The position numbers and the translations under genes are program-made. This document shows positions 24,400 to 36,419 of a stretch of 64,000 nucleotides of DNA, in pieces. The notes below the pieces were generated by a model. It was not told the DNA's origin. It made no database searches and worked only from the letters and a program-made list of their open reading frames with translations. Position 1 is the first letter of the stretch; the number at the start of each line of letters is the position of its first letter. Origin of the DNA: Lama guanicoe (taxonomy: Eukaryota); assembly GCA_013239625.1 (NCBI GenBank), contig MU053934.1:1667031-1731030 (forward strand), in the 5' to 3' direction.

Positions 24400-24790
24400 T
24401 TCCACCTCCTGGGGTGCTGGGGAGCCAAACACTCCCCTCTCTTGGCTGGGGTGGCACCCCTGTCTCTCGCTTTCTCCCTTCTGCTCCTTCTCTGTCTCCC
24501 TCCCAGGGCCTCCACCTCTGGGCCCACCTCTAAGAGTTGGAGTTTCATTGGTACCAGTCTGGGCCCCCTTCTCCTCTCCCTTCCCCTCCCCCTGCCCCCT
24601 ACCTGCTCCCCCTTTGTGATTTCACACATCCCCTGCTTTCAGGCCCATGGTTAAGCTGATGCTCCCACATCCTCAGCCCCAGCCCGGCCCTCCTGGGTTC
24701 CAGGAGTGTGCCTGCAGCCACGTGCTTGACATTGTCCCTTGGCTGCCATGCATCCAAGGCATCTCCAACTCCCCTGTGCATCTGAATCCA
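24400..24790 (+). mobile_element. L2 internal remnant
   Basis: GCTTGACATTGTCCCTTGGCTGCCATGCATCCAAGGCATCTCCAACTC resembles the L2 ORF2 region. Confidence 0.6.
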
Positions 24791-25074
24791 CGTGTGCACC
24801 AACCAGTCTATAGACTTGACCGCCATAGGCCTCTCATCCTCAGCAGACTCTTTTTCAAGTGTTGAGACTAACAGTGTCATTAGAAGTATTACTGAATTCA
24901 TAGCAACGTGTGATATTATAGTATTATGTTACATTATTCTTTTTCATTGATGAATTCTTGAAGCAGAAACCATTATCCATAAAGTCCCTTCAAGAGAGTC
25001 CATAAAATCCTTTAAAATTACAAAGTGTTCTAATGCTGAAGACTTTTGGAAACACTTCACTACACCACTCATAG

Positions 25075-25915
25075 TTTTATTCATTTACTGTTGGCTCCTG
25101 GGCCAGTATTTATCACTCATGTGCCAACACGGGGGCTGGAGGTAAGTTGGTGAACAAACGGGCACAGCCCCTGCCCTCACAGAGCTTCCATTTCAGCGTG
25201 GAGACAGACAGTAACAATCCAGGTAGATGTGTATCAAGCTCCCACCAAGGGCCACGTGCTGTTCTAAGCACTTTACTGCATTGGCCCATTTAATTCTCAC
25301 AGGAGTGCCATGAGGAGGTAATTTTCTTGGCTCCTTTTACAGGTAAGGGGGCTAAAGAAGCACAGAGAGGTGCAGTAACTTGGCCAAGGTCACACAGTGC
25401 ATGCAAGAGAAAACCTCTTTGTAAACCCATGCGATCTGATTCCAGAGTCCACGCTCTTGGCAACGGCTCTCTCAGGATGTGAACAATGATATCACTAAAA
25501 TGTACAATTAGAAGCTGTGAGAAGTGCTATGGAGGAAAAGCCTGGGGTGCTGGGAAGCCAAGAGAGGAGGCTTAGCCTAGTCTAAGGGGCCAGGGAAGAC
25601 ATCTTTGAAGAAATGATATTTCCTTAGAGACAGAGAATGAGTAGACAACTAGGCAAAAAATTGGGGAAAGGGCATCACAGGCAAAGGAAAGAGTCTGTGC
25701 AAAGGACTTGAGACAGCAGAGTTCAGCACAGGGAGGACAGTTAGAGTCAGTGTAGCAGAACTAAAATAAGGGAATATGTGTGGTGGGAAGTCGAGGGGCA
25801 CTAGGAGCCAGGGGATGTGGGGAAGACGGGGCTGGAGCTGGAGGGCACCAGAGTTTAGATTGTAGCCATCTTGCAGCAGGAAGGGTTTACAGCAGGGCTG
25901 AGTCCAGGTGATATA
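25075..25915 (-). mobile_element. L2 remnant with a MIR nested at ~25240-25465
   Basis: GAACAAACGGGCACAGCCCCTGCCCTCACAGAGCTT, MIR core ACAGAGAGGTGCAGTAACTTGGCCAAGGTCACAC, then L2 GGCAAAGGAAAGAGTCTGTGCAAAGG. Confidence 0.75.
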
Positions 25916-26299
25916 CACCCTCCCCCTGCCCCAGGGGGATACAGGCAGCTGTTGGCGACGTGGGATTTAGGGGGCTTCTAGAGTCTCAGCTGATCTAAAC
26001 ATCTCTTCCTTATGCTTTATTATTCATCCTGGAAGTCCACCACTGCTGATTCTGAAAAGTAATTCCTGACTTCTAGTCTCCTTTGGGAAGTCAGACATCT
26101 CTGGGAGGAATAAAGCCTGGAGCCTTTGTCAATTGCCACCTCAACAACCAGTTTCTCCATCAAAAATAAGCCCCTGCTCTGGCTCCAGGAAGAGGATTTA
26201 GCCGGGACACTGTGATGGGGAGGCAGCCAAGTGATGGAGTGCTGTGTCCTGGGATCTAGAGTGTGGCCCAGGGGTGGTAAGGTCCAGTGGTATCTCCAA

Positions 26300-26890
26300 A
26301 TTGGTAGCAATATGCCCCATGTAGAAACATGAGGGTCAGGGAAGTCTTCCCAGCACAGCTGATATTTGAACTGGACCCTGGGCTCACCAAGTGAAGAGGG
26401 GGAAAGGCATTCCAGGTGGAAGGCACAGTATGGGGAGGGGAAGATGCACTGGGGTTGTGGAGAGGAAAAAGAGGACAGCAGGTAGGTTCTGATCCAGGTG
26501 TGGATCCGGGAGGTGGGCTTCTGAATCCAGGAGATGACTAGGGTCATCACCCCCATTTAACAGATAGGGAAATTGAGCTCAGAGGTTAACTAATTTTCCC
26601 AAGGGCACTCTGAGTGGCAGAGCTGGGATTTCAAACTCTCTGACTCCAGAGGCAGGGCTCAGAATCTCCCAGCTATATCACTCCCCAAGTATTGAATATA
26701 CCCCTGAATAGCTGGATAGGTGTTGACAAGGCAATGGAAAAGCATTAGGCTAGGAAATTGGAAGGTTCTAGTCTTGACACAGCCACTCACTCTGAGAGGC
26801 TCTTCCCCACTCTGGCCTCATGTCCTTCACCTGTAAACAGAGCTGGCCCTTTCTCCACCACAGGCTGCTGTGAGGGGCCGAGGAGATGAC
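26300..26890. mobile_element. L2 (minus) remnant followed by two MIRs (26540-26670 minus, 26730-26890 plus)
   Basis: GGAAAGGCATTCCAGGTGGAAGGCACAG; CCCCCATTTAACAGATAGGGAAATTGAG; GGCCTCATGTCCTTCACCTGTAAA. Confidence 0.65.
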
Positions 26891-27317
26891 AAAGGCAACG
26901 TGCCTTTGGGATGGAGACCCTGGCAGCACCTGGAAGGGCTGGCTCCTGGGAGGGCTGGAGCTGCTGGACAAAGTGGGCTGGAGAAGGCTGGGAGGAGGGG
27001 TCTGAGATGGATGGGCTGCTGCTCTCCCTCCCCGCTCCTCCCGCCTACTGGGCCAGTGTAATCAAGGCTATCCATCACCCTCCCTGGGGTGGTAGCAGCC
27101 TGCTCGGCAGCGACACCATTGCCAACTCGTCCATATTTCATCAGCCTGGAGAGAGAGGAGTGAGACAGCGAGGGAGGGGAAGAAAGAGCCAGAGGGAACC
27201 TGCCCATCAACCAAGGTAGTCGTCTTCTTACCCCAGCCAGCCCAGACCACAAGCCAGGCATTCTTACTTGGTGGAATTCTGTGGTGTGGTTTGGGCAGAT
27301 GAGGCTCCGTAGAAACA

Positions 27318-27596
27318 ATGCTGATGGTGATGACAATGACAATGATGATTATAATGGCAGTGATGGTGAGGATGATGGTGATGATGCTGATGATGTGAGG
27401 ATGATGGTGAGGATGATGGTGATGATGATGATGATGATGATGGTGATGATGATGGTGGTGATGGTGGTGATGATGATGATGGTGAGGATGATGGTGATGA
27501 TGCTGATGATGTCAGGATGATGGTGAGGATGATGGTGATGATGATGATGATGGTGATGATGGTGGTGATGGTGGTGATGATGATGATGGTGATGAT
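27318..27596. repeat. (GAT/GGT)n trinucleotide array with ~116-bp higher-order duplication
   Basis: Direct inspection; unit GATGGTGAGGATGATGGTGATGATGCTGATGATGT(G/C)AGG occurs at ~27362 and ~27478. Confidence 0.95.
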
Positions 27597-27599
27597 TTG

Positions 27600-27845
27600 T
27601 TTTCACTTTGCAGTTCTGGCCTGGTCCCAGGCACTGTGTAAACACATTGTGCATCCCAAATGTTCTAATTCTCTAAACTAGCCCATGAGGAGGGCTCTGT
27701 CGTGACCCCCACTTACAGGTGAGGAACTTGAGGCTCACAATGGTAAGTAGCCTGCCTGGGGCTCAGCTAAGACACAGTCAAGTTAAGGTTTGACTCTCAG
27801 TTACCACAGCCCCAAGATCCTTGCTCTAACCCCAACCATTACTCT
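27600..27845 (-). mobile_element. MIR SINE abutting the GAT array
   Basis: CCAGGCACTGTGTAAACAC...CCCCACTTACAGGTGAGGAACTTGAGGCTCA. Confidence 0.75.
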
Positions 27846-28983
27846 TTCCTGCCTGGGTTCAGAATCAGGAGGCTTGGGTTTGAATCCTGGGTCCACCGCT
27901 TACTGGCTGAGCAACCTTGGGCTGAGCTTCCTTGGGGAGCTGCTGTGAGCCTTGGATAAATCACTGTGGCCCAGAAACAGCTGGGGAAAAAAATCCTTCA
28001 AGTCTGCTCAGATGCTGCTGCGAGGCCTGGCCTGACCACCTCATTCAAACTGCAGCCGCCCCATTCCTCTTGTCCTGTGCTATTTTGTCCTGCCTTCCAG
28101 GTGGTCACATGTTGCCTTCTCTTCTGTTCATTCACTGCTCTCTCCGGGGTTGGCACATAAGTGGCAGGAGGCAGGGGTCCCTGCTCAGCTCTATTCCAAG
28201 GACCTCGGACAGCACCAGGGTGAGCAGTTCATGCATGTTTTTTGAAGGAATGAATACATGGATGGGCATTCTTTTCTCCTTCCTCAGGGGCCTCTTGGAG
28301 ACAGGAGGACCCAGGGAATGAGATTTAGCTGGCCCGGTGGGATGGGCTGGAGAGGCTGTGGGGGGAGGTATTTGTAAAAGGGGAAGAAAACATACTGGGT
28401 TCTGGGTCAGGAGGACAGGAGGTGAAGGGCTTCTCCTGGGTGGGGGGTGGGGGTGGGGTTGCTATTTCGGATTTGTCTCCCAGCCACCTTCCCTCCCCTC
28501 GGCTGCAAATGGTCCATCAGCCTGTCCAGAGCTCGCCCCTGCCCCTTCCTGGCACCCCCAGCTCCCTCCTCTCCCAGGGGTCCTGAGGCCACCCAGATGG
28601 GTCCTTGCTGCCTCACATTCTGATCTTTCCCTGGTCTCACGCTCAGCCTCATCCGGGGTCAGGCACCCCATGCACCTCAGTAATGGTGTTGATTTAACAA
28701 AGGTCATCTTAACCTGGAGTCATAAATGTCAGAACTTCATGGACTCTTGGAGATTCCGATCCTCTGAGGAGGGAATGAACTCAGAAAGGAAAAGTGACCA
28801 CTCGAGCCAAACAGTGAGGTCAGCCAAGTTCTGTGTCCCAGAGTCAATGGATGAGAAGACCCAGTGCACCACTTACACGGCCCCCCTGCACTTCCCCAGC
28901 TCTCGGAGTCTGTAAATGCAGCCTGGATCTCAAGCCCCCATGAGAACCAGGCACCACTCCCTGAATCGCCAGCCCACACCCTG

Positions 28984-29052
28984 CCCTGCCCCAGAGTTCC
29001 CTGCCCAGGTGTGCTCCTTGCCCCAGGTGTGCTCCCTGCCCCAGCTGTACTC
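28984..29052. repeat. Short ~18-bp minisatellite (CCTGCCCCAGGTGTGCTC-like, 3-4 copies) within an L2 remnant
   Basis: CCCTGCCCAGGTGTGCTCCTTGCCCCAGGTGTGCTCCCTGCCCCAGCTGTACTC. Confidence 0.7.
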
Positions 29053-29339
29053 TCTGTTCCCACCACTGCGTAGGAGCTCACTCTGCCCCTGGGCCTTTGC
29101 ACATGTGATTCTTCTGCCTGGATGCCTGCTCTGCTCCAGCCAATTGCTGTCCCATCTTGAGACCCAACAGGAGCCTCCACCTCCTTCAGGAGGCTTTCTG
29201 TGTCTGCCCTGCAGTTGAGTCTGCCAGCTTTGACTCATGGATTGACACAGACCGTGTGTTTTCATATCTCCTCTGAGTTTTTAGGGACTTGGAGGAAGTG
29301 TGGAAGGAGACAAGGCAATAAGGGGGCTTGTAGCTTCCT

Positions 29340-30040
29340 GTTCCTCCAAAACCCTGTGACCTTGGATCAGCTACCTAACTTCTCTGAGCCTCAGTTTCAT
29401 CCTTGTCTACAAGATGAGATGAATGAAGGATCCCTTCCTCGGCTAACTCACAGGCCGATGTGAAAGGCCGGAAGGAGGCATGTGTGAGGCCCACCCTCAT
29501 TCTCCGGGGTCAGACGCTGAGGTGAGCCCCGGGGGGCCTCCATCAGGATTCAGCATGTCCGGAAGAACTCCTTCATGGTGCTGGGACTGTCCCCTGGGAA
29601 GACAGGGACCTGGTCTTTGGTTTTCTCTCCCCAGCACCAGCACAGCGCCTGCCTCAGGGTAGGTGCCCTATTCCTGATCTTAGAATTACAGGGCAGGTGC
29701 CTTTGACCCTGGGGGCGTGCTTCAGCCCAGGACAAGCCCTTAGCAATCACCTCATCCCACAGCGACACTGTACAGATGGGGAAACTGAGGCCCAGACAGG
29801 GGTGGGACATGCTGAGCTCAAGGAGGGGCATCTACTTTGGGAACAGATAGATCCGGGTTTGGAGCCATTCTTCAACTTCCTGGCAGTGGGATCTTGGGCA
29901 AGCCATTTGTCTCTCTGAGCCTCAGTTTCCTCATCTGTAGATGGGGGTAATAACAAGGGTTGTCATAGAGACAAAATGATATTGTGTCTGCGAAGGTATA
30001 AGGACAGAGCCTCACCTGGGCTGGGTCTCCAATAAAGGTA
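29340..30040. mobile_element. Cluster of three MIRs (29340-29500 +, 29670-29800 -, 29835-30040 +)
   Basis: TCTCTGAGCCTCAGTTTC cores and ACAGATGGGGAAACTGAGGCCCAG. Confidence 0.8.
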
Positions 30041-31599
30041 CGTCTTCTTGCCCATATTAGTGGCAGGTCTGGGGAGGAGGGTTTGGGGGGTGAAGAATCA
30101 GATCACTTGTTCCCTCCTCAACTCCTTTCCACCCCCTTGGATGAGAAGAAACTGTCTGGTTTTCCCCCGCAGCTGGCCCAGCCCAGGCAGCCAATACCTG
30201 ATTCCACCCCATGCGGCTTATCTATGGAAAGGAGCTATTGGATCACCCCAGGAGGTTCTAATCAATGCAGCTACAGGCATTTTCTGCCAAGATCCAGATC
30301 TGGTGTCCACACCTTCTCCATTACACGGGCACCAGTACCACCTCTCAAGTCACTTTCTACCCAGAAACTCTGTTCATCGAAGATCAGGTCACCTCCCTCC
30401 CCAATCTGCAGACAAAGGAGGGGATCCCCTCCTCCCTCCTTCCCAGAGAGGCCACCCAACCCACACCAGGCACCTCTGGGAGAAGGAAGAGGCACGTCTT
30501 AGCCACCAGGGCTGGACCAGTGGATCCTAGATGAAGGTGCCCCAGCAGTGGAAGCTACCTTGCAAGCAAGCAGCAGTGGGGTGAAGGGAAGACACTTTGC
30601 AGCTACGCAGACCTGGATGCGAACCCCAGCTCTGCCCCTCACCAGCTGCATGCCTCTAGGCCAGTCTCTCCACCTCCCCTTGAATGGGCACCAGAATCTC
30701 TACTTTGCACATTTGTAGACGAACCTGCCCAGCACAGCGGTGTCTTCACTTTTGGCTACTCCTGCCCTGTCTTTGGCAGCCCCATCCTCCTCTGAGGAGA
30801 CCTCATTCTCTGCTCGGGTCCTTTCTTGCCGCCGCAAGCCTTGCTGGTCATGACCACCTCCACCTGCCTTCCCCGTCCTGTGTCCAAGCTCTCCAGGGCT
30901 GGACTCTCCTCACTGTAGCCCCTCGCATCGCATCCCTCCTTGCAGTGCTAGGATCAAACCATTTAACTCGTAGCTGCCAGTGAGAACAGTTTTACTATCA
31001 CCTCTATTTTGCATCTGAAAAAAATGAGGCTTGGGGATGTTAAATAGCTGACTCATAGCACACAATTAGTAAGAGGTAGGGCTGGGATTCAAATCCAAGC
31101 ACAAGGGTTACCTCTCCCCTGGACTCCCCTCTTCCCGCCACTCATCTGTTCATCTCTCTCATCACCTGCCTGTGCGCCCTCTTCCCATCCAGCCAGGGAT
31201 CTATCCACTCATCCACCCGCCCAGTTACCAGCCATCCCTCCCTCCATCTTCACTGCCCCAGCTGATTACTACCCTGCCGCATGATTTTTGCACTGACCCC
31301 TGTGGCTGCAGTGGTGGCCACGGTCCTGTTCTCATGTGTACCACACTCTGGTTGGAAGACTGACAGGTACACAGGTGATGACAACCCTTCGCGATGAGTG
31401 TTGTGAAGAGCCTTGGTCTCTGCGGGAGCACAGTGGAGGCACCGGCCCTAGGCTGGGTGTCCAGAGAAGGTAGCCCCTGGTCTGAGCCCTGAGGGGAGGG
31501 GTGCTGAGAGAGGAAGTGCACCCCAGTAAAGAAAACAGCGAGGGCAAAGGCTCGGCCTCCTGGGAGAGTGTTGCACACAAGGGCAGCTGCACGTAATCC

Positions 31600-32520
31600 C
31601 ATGACTGAAGTTAGGGTTCCAGAGGCCAGAGATGAGGCTGGTGGGAGGCTGAGACCAGGTGATGAAGGGTTGTCGAATCAGGCCAGCGGGTGGCAGGTGG
31701 CGATGGGAGCCAGTGAAGGGTTTAAGTGGGGCAGTGATGCGGCATAGGGCACCCCTGGGTCCCAGAGCACTCTGGCTACTGCAGGGAAAAGAAGGTGAGG
31801 CCAGGGACAGAGAGAGAGGGGCGTAGACTGTTGTAGTGGGGCAGGTCCCAGTAAGATGAGCCCTGGACCAAGATGGTGGCCAAGGAAGAGAAGAGAAGTG
31901 AATGGATTAGAGGCACGTTCAGGGCATAGCCTTGATGGGTTAGATGTGGGGCAGGGATGTCACCTCTCCAGAGAGGACCCTCAGGGCCTTCCCTCTAGTT
32001 CTTACCGCCCCCCCCCAGGCTTTTGCATATGCCACTTGGCCTGCGTGGAAAACCCCTACTTTGAAGGTCATGTGTAAAGTTTTAACTTAGCCAGCCGGCA
32101 ACAGGGAGCCACTGCTGGCTTATAAGTGAGAGAGTGGCATGGTCAGATGGCAGTGTTAGGAACACCATGGCCCCAGGGATGGTCAGGGTTGGGTGGCGGT
32201 GGGGTGGGGATGTGGGACAATGGGTATCAGATCTCAACAGAGTCATCCCTCAGAGCATCCTTCCATGATGCACTCACCCCATGCTAAGCCAGCTCTCTCT
32301 CTTATAACCAATCATCTGAATCTAGACTTTTCCACAATTTGCAGTTTTATATTTACATGCATGATTATTTAATTATTGTATCAATCTCACTCTAAACACT
32401 ATGCTCCACGAATGTGGGGACATTATCTCTCTTCTGTCATCATATCCCCGGCATCTAGCACAGTCCTTGGCACACACTAGGTTCTTCATAAATGTTGAAT
32501 GGATAATGAATAAATGATCC
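31600..32520. mobile_element. L2 remnants (31600-32170 minus; 32230-32520 plus 3' end)
   Basis: GATGGGAGCCAGTGAAGGGTTTAAG; CATCTAGCACAGTCCTTGGCACAC...ATAAATGTTGAATGGATAATGAA. Confidence 0.7.
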
Positions 32521-33339
32521 TAGCTGGAGTTTGGGCAGCACTTAGATCACCGGATACAAGGTTAACTGGGAAGAAGTTTCCAATTTGTAGCGCTTAGAGG
32601 CCAAGCTTAGCAGATCAGGACCCCAACTCCCTAACACCCACTTTGAGGATTATCCACAGGAAAAAAAATTTTTTTTTAGGAATTCTAAAATACTAAATGG
32701 GCTCAAAAAGACCATCAAACATCCCAGAGGAAGGCTGGCAGGACTCAGGGTCTGCCCATTTTTTAGAATTACTCATCCAGTGCCAGCAGCCCTCTGCTGG
32801 CACAGAGACTTGAGCTGCAGCCCTGGCTGTTTTGTACATAGGGCCTGGATCTGAACCAGGCACTAAATAAAGGCTGGAACAAAATGTACCCTATTTTTAA
32901 TCCTGAACGTATCTGAGTTGACAATAAAATATATGTTTTTTATTTTTACCAAACTACAAAGCGAACAAGGTTTTCTTTTGAATACGTAGTGAACCAGTCA
33001 AAACCAGAAGCCTGATATAATGGGAAGAGCTCCAGCCGGAGCTGGTTTTTCCCCTGCATGCCAGCTTCTCTGTGGGCCAGCTCTGTGATCACGCCAGTCA
33101 CTTCGCTCTGGGGGCTTCAGTCTTCTCATCAGTAAAATAAGGGGAGTGTCCTCGCCCCACTCAACTCACAGGTGTGGTGGCGATGCTGGATGTTAAAATA
33201 CACTGAAAACTGAACGGCATTGGATAAAGAGGAAGTGTGGCTTAATTAGTCAAACTGAGGTGCCTTCAAAAGCTAGGATATTGAATCCTCTGTATGTCTT
33301 TCTAACTTTTGTGGGTACGTGTGAATACATTACTGTTTT

Positions 33340-33505
33340 TGGTCCGCTGGGTTCATTCTCTGCATCTCCCAGTTTACAGAGAGAATCTGATGGGTTCAGC
33401 TCATCTTTTTGCCTCTGGCCACATCATAAGTCCGTGGCCAATGCATTGGTTGCCTATACATGAGGCAACCCCTTATCCAATCAGCTGTAGCCAAGGTGAC
33501 AGGTA
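33340..33505 (-). mobile_element. Old MaLR LTR fragment (MLT1K/L/N-like)
   Basis: GAGAGAATCTGATGGGTTCAGC...TCCAATCAGCTGTAGCCAAGG. Confidence 0.5.
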
Positions 33506-33529
33506 GGTAGCCAAGCTTTCTAACATGCT

Positions 33530-33670
33530 TTTCAATAGCCCTGGGTAGGTGCTATTAATATGTCCATTTTATAGATGAGGAAACTGAAGCACAGAGAGGC
33601 AATTCAACCAATGACATAGAGCTAGTAAAATGCAGAATCATAATATAACCCTGGGTTTGAGCCCATTTTC
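33530..33670 (-). mobile_element. MIR SINE
   Basis: CCATTTTATAGATGAGGAAACTGAAGCACAGAGAGG. Confidence 0.8.
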
Positions 33671-34379
33671 TTCCATTGTCTTGTTTGTCTCCAGGGCTTC
33701 AAGGAGTGCCTGGCACATAATAAGCATTCTGTCTGTGTTTGCCAAGTGAGAGTTTAGGAATAATAACACATTTTACGGGCTTATGATGAAAATTAAGTAA
33801 GTTAATATTAGTGAAAGCATCTGGCACAGACCCTGGAATTGAATAGTGGTGAATAAATATTGATTTAATTCGCCCGTGGAGTCATTCACACATCCTCCCT
33901 TATGGCTTGGGGTCCATTGCTCCTGCCCAACACGGAAAGAAGGCAGACCCTGTGTTCCCCCCGTTCAGCCCCTCTTTCTGCAGAGGGCCTCAGCTTTAGA
34001 GCCTCCTGCTCTTTTCTTCCCTCTTTTCCCTCTGCTCATCTTGAGCATCTGCAAAACCTATTTGCCAGGGGAGTTCATGGTCAAGGCAAGCCGCCCTCTC
34101 TGACCAGCCTCTCCAAGCTCACCTCTCTCTTCTCCCAGGTGACCTTCCCCGTCCCCACGCAGACCCCATCTGTAGGACTCGCTCTGGGCTTTTCCTCTCC
34201 TGCGACCCTGCTCCTTGTAGGCTTCCTGTCTAGCCTTCAAGGGTCGTTTCTTCCAGCCAGAAATCGCCTCTCCCTCTCACTGGTCCCTTGCTACTTCATC
34301 TGCACCTCTCTTAAAGCACTTTGCACTGGGGGCGCCACAGATTGCCCTAAAAGGCTTCTGCATGATGGATGCGCATCCG

Positions 34380-34540
34380 TGGGCGGGTCCTCACTGGCCA
34401 TGCGCCTCGGAAAGTCACTTGTCCTCGCGGAGCCCGTGCTTCCTATGCGTAAAAACTCAGTGAAATCATCCCCTCTTCGCAGGGCTGCCGTTAGGGTTAA
34501 ATCAAATGATTAATGTAGAATAAATAATAAATATTAGTTC
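34380..34540 (+). mobile_element. CpG-rich MIR remnant
   Basis: CTCGGAAAGTCACTTGTCCTCGCGGAGCCCGTGCTTCCTATGCGTAAAA...CAGGGCTGCCGTTAGGGTTAAAT aligns to the MIR core and tail. Confidence 0.65.
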
Positions 34541-35034
34541 CTTTCCACATATTGTGCTATAGACTCAGATCTGAAAGGGGCTTTAAAGGAGTATCGAATT
34601 CAGTGCTTTCCAAGTTTCTTTTTCTCTGTCCAGGACCGCTGTTTCCCACAGGAAGTTAAGCAGCAGCTCAGCACGTAGAAACAGAAAGACGGGAACTGCT
34701 CTGGCGAAGGCGGGGCTCAAGACTCCGCCCACTCGGCCCTGGCCCCTGTTTCTCCATCCCAAGGGCCCTAGGCACCTCCTGTGAAACTCCAGGACCCTCG
34801 GTGCTGTCTGGAGGACTCTCAAACAGCCTTCCCACCATGATGGTGCCTTTGGGGCGTGTATGATGGTGCAGGATCAGGAGACTCAGAACAGGGGTGCTGA
34901 GAGGGGAGCGGGCTCCAGCCGGAGGCGGTGGGGGGACCTTCTTTTCTGTGATTGGGGGACCACGTTCCTACTTCACAGAGTCTGAGAAAAACAAGTGAAG
35001 GTCCTGAAGGGTTTTTGGTTTTTTTCCCCCAAGC

Positions 35035-35620
35035 CAGATTTATTGAATTATAATTTACATGGAGTAAAATTCACTTTTTAAAGTATACAGTTTAGTGAGT
35101 TTTAACGAAGAGATACAGTCATGTAACACCCATCACAGTCAAGATTTAGAACATTTCCACTCCCTTACAAATTCCCTCATGCCCTTTGTAGTCAGTCCTT
35201 CCTACCCTCAATCTCTAGAAACCACTGATTTGAATGAACAATAATTCAACCTGTCTCAATTTGATTTCTGTCCCTAGAGTTTTGCCTTTTCCAGAATGTC
35301 ACATTTGGCTAATCAAACAGTGACTAGCCTTTTGTGTCTGGCTTCTTTCACTTACCATACCAGTCACCTCTATGGTCACATGTATCCATGTTTATTCTTG
35401 TTGATTGCTGAGTAATATTCCATTGTATGGATATACCATCATTTATTGATCCATTTGCTGGTTGATGGACATGGGCTGTTACGAGTGAAGCTGCTATGAA
35501 TACTCATATAAAAGTCTGTGTGGACATATGGTGTCATTTCTTCTGCAGAAATATGTAAGAATGTGATTGCTGGGTCAGATGGTATGTTTATATTTATCTT
35601 TATAACAAACTGCCAAGCTG
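35035..35620 (-). mobile_element. L1M (L1MB/MC-like) 3' region
   Basis: TAAAATTCACTTTTTAAAGTATACAGTTTAGTGAGTTTT...TTTTGCCTTTTCCAGAATGTCA...AAACTGCCAA. Confidence 0.9.
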
Positions 35621-36419
35621 GAATTTCCTTTAGATTAGTGAACTGTGTTCTTTTGTCTGTGACCACGTAACTCACAAGTTTATAAGTGTTGCTTTGTACT
35701 TTTGTTGAGTGAATTATAGCTTTCTATGTTGTCTCTCCCAAGGACATTTTTATTTCAACAAGAACTCGACTGTTGCATTCAAGAAACACTCCCCCATCAC
35801 TTGGAATCAAAGGATTTGCTTTTTCCTCCATGAGGAAATGTTCCCCCCGAGCTAGCTGGTAGGAGGTGATGACCCTGAGCAAGGAGAGATGAGAATGCCA
35901 AGCAGGGTACCAGTGAGCCATGTGTTTGCCTAGAACTACAGGTACATGGATCCCCTAAGTACTCTGACTTCTGGAAATTCTGCAAGGGAGGGTGACCAGT
36001 GAGGAAGAAGTTCCAGAGAGAAGGGGGCTGCCGGATACTACCCCTTGTTTTTTGTCCCTTAGGTACCAGACTTGTCCCTCTCAGACCCCATTTCTGCCAC
36101 GAGGTGCAAAATAACCACCTTTTAGACAAAGGCGTGATGGAAGAGAGCTTTCTGGGGGACAGTCTCTACCGTCTCAGACTCTCCTTTTCCATTCAAACAG
36201 TGGCAGAAGCAGAGCAGAAAGGGGCTCCAAAGAGAATTCAGGTTTCCTTCACCCACGTCTTTGACTTTGTCCATCTCCTACCTATGCCCACATCCCCCAG
36301 CTACCAGCTCTGGGCTGATGACTCACTGGCCTGCTGACTCCTACTTAGCTCGCAGCCCGTCCTCCACACAGCAGCCGAGGGAACCATTTTATTTGTAAAA
36401 TTTCACCCTGTCTATCTCT

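Noticed and set aside
27281..27654. Poly-Asp/Met (+) and poly-His/Ile (-) ORFs
   Set aside because: Translations of the (GAT/GGT)n array attached to a MIR tail; the frames slip mid-repeat.
29631..29650. REST/NRSE-like CCAGCACCAGCACAGCGCC
   Set aside because: The spacer is one base short and the GGAC core is mutated.
35439..35675. ORF resembling the L1 ORF2 C-terminus (also 41581-41769, MFIAALFTIAKTWKQPKCP)
   Set aside because: Genuine L1-derived remnants, but truncated and interrupted; recorded as mobile elements, not genes.
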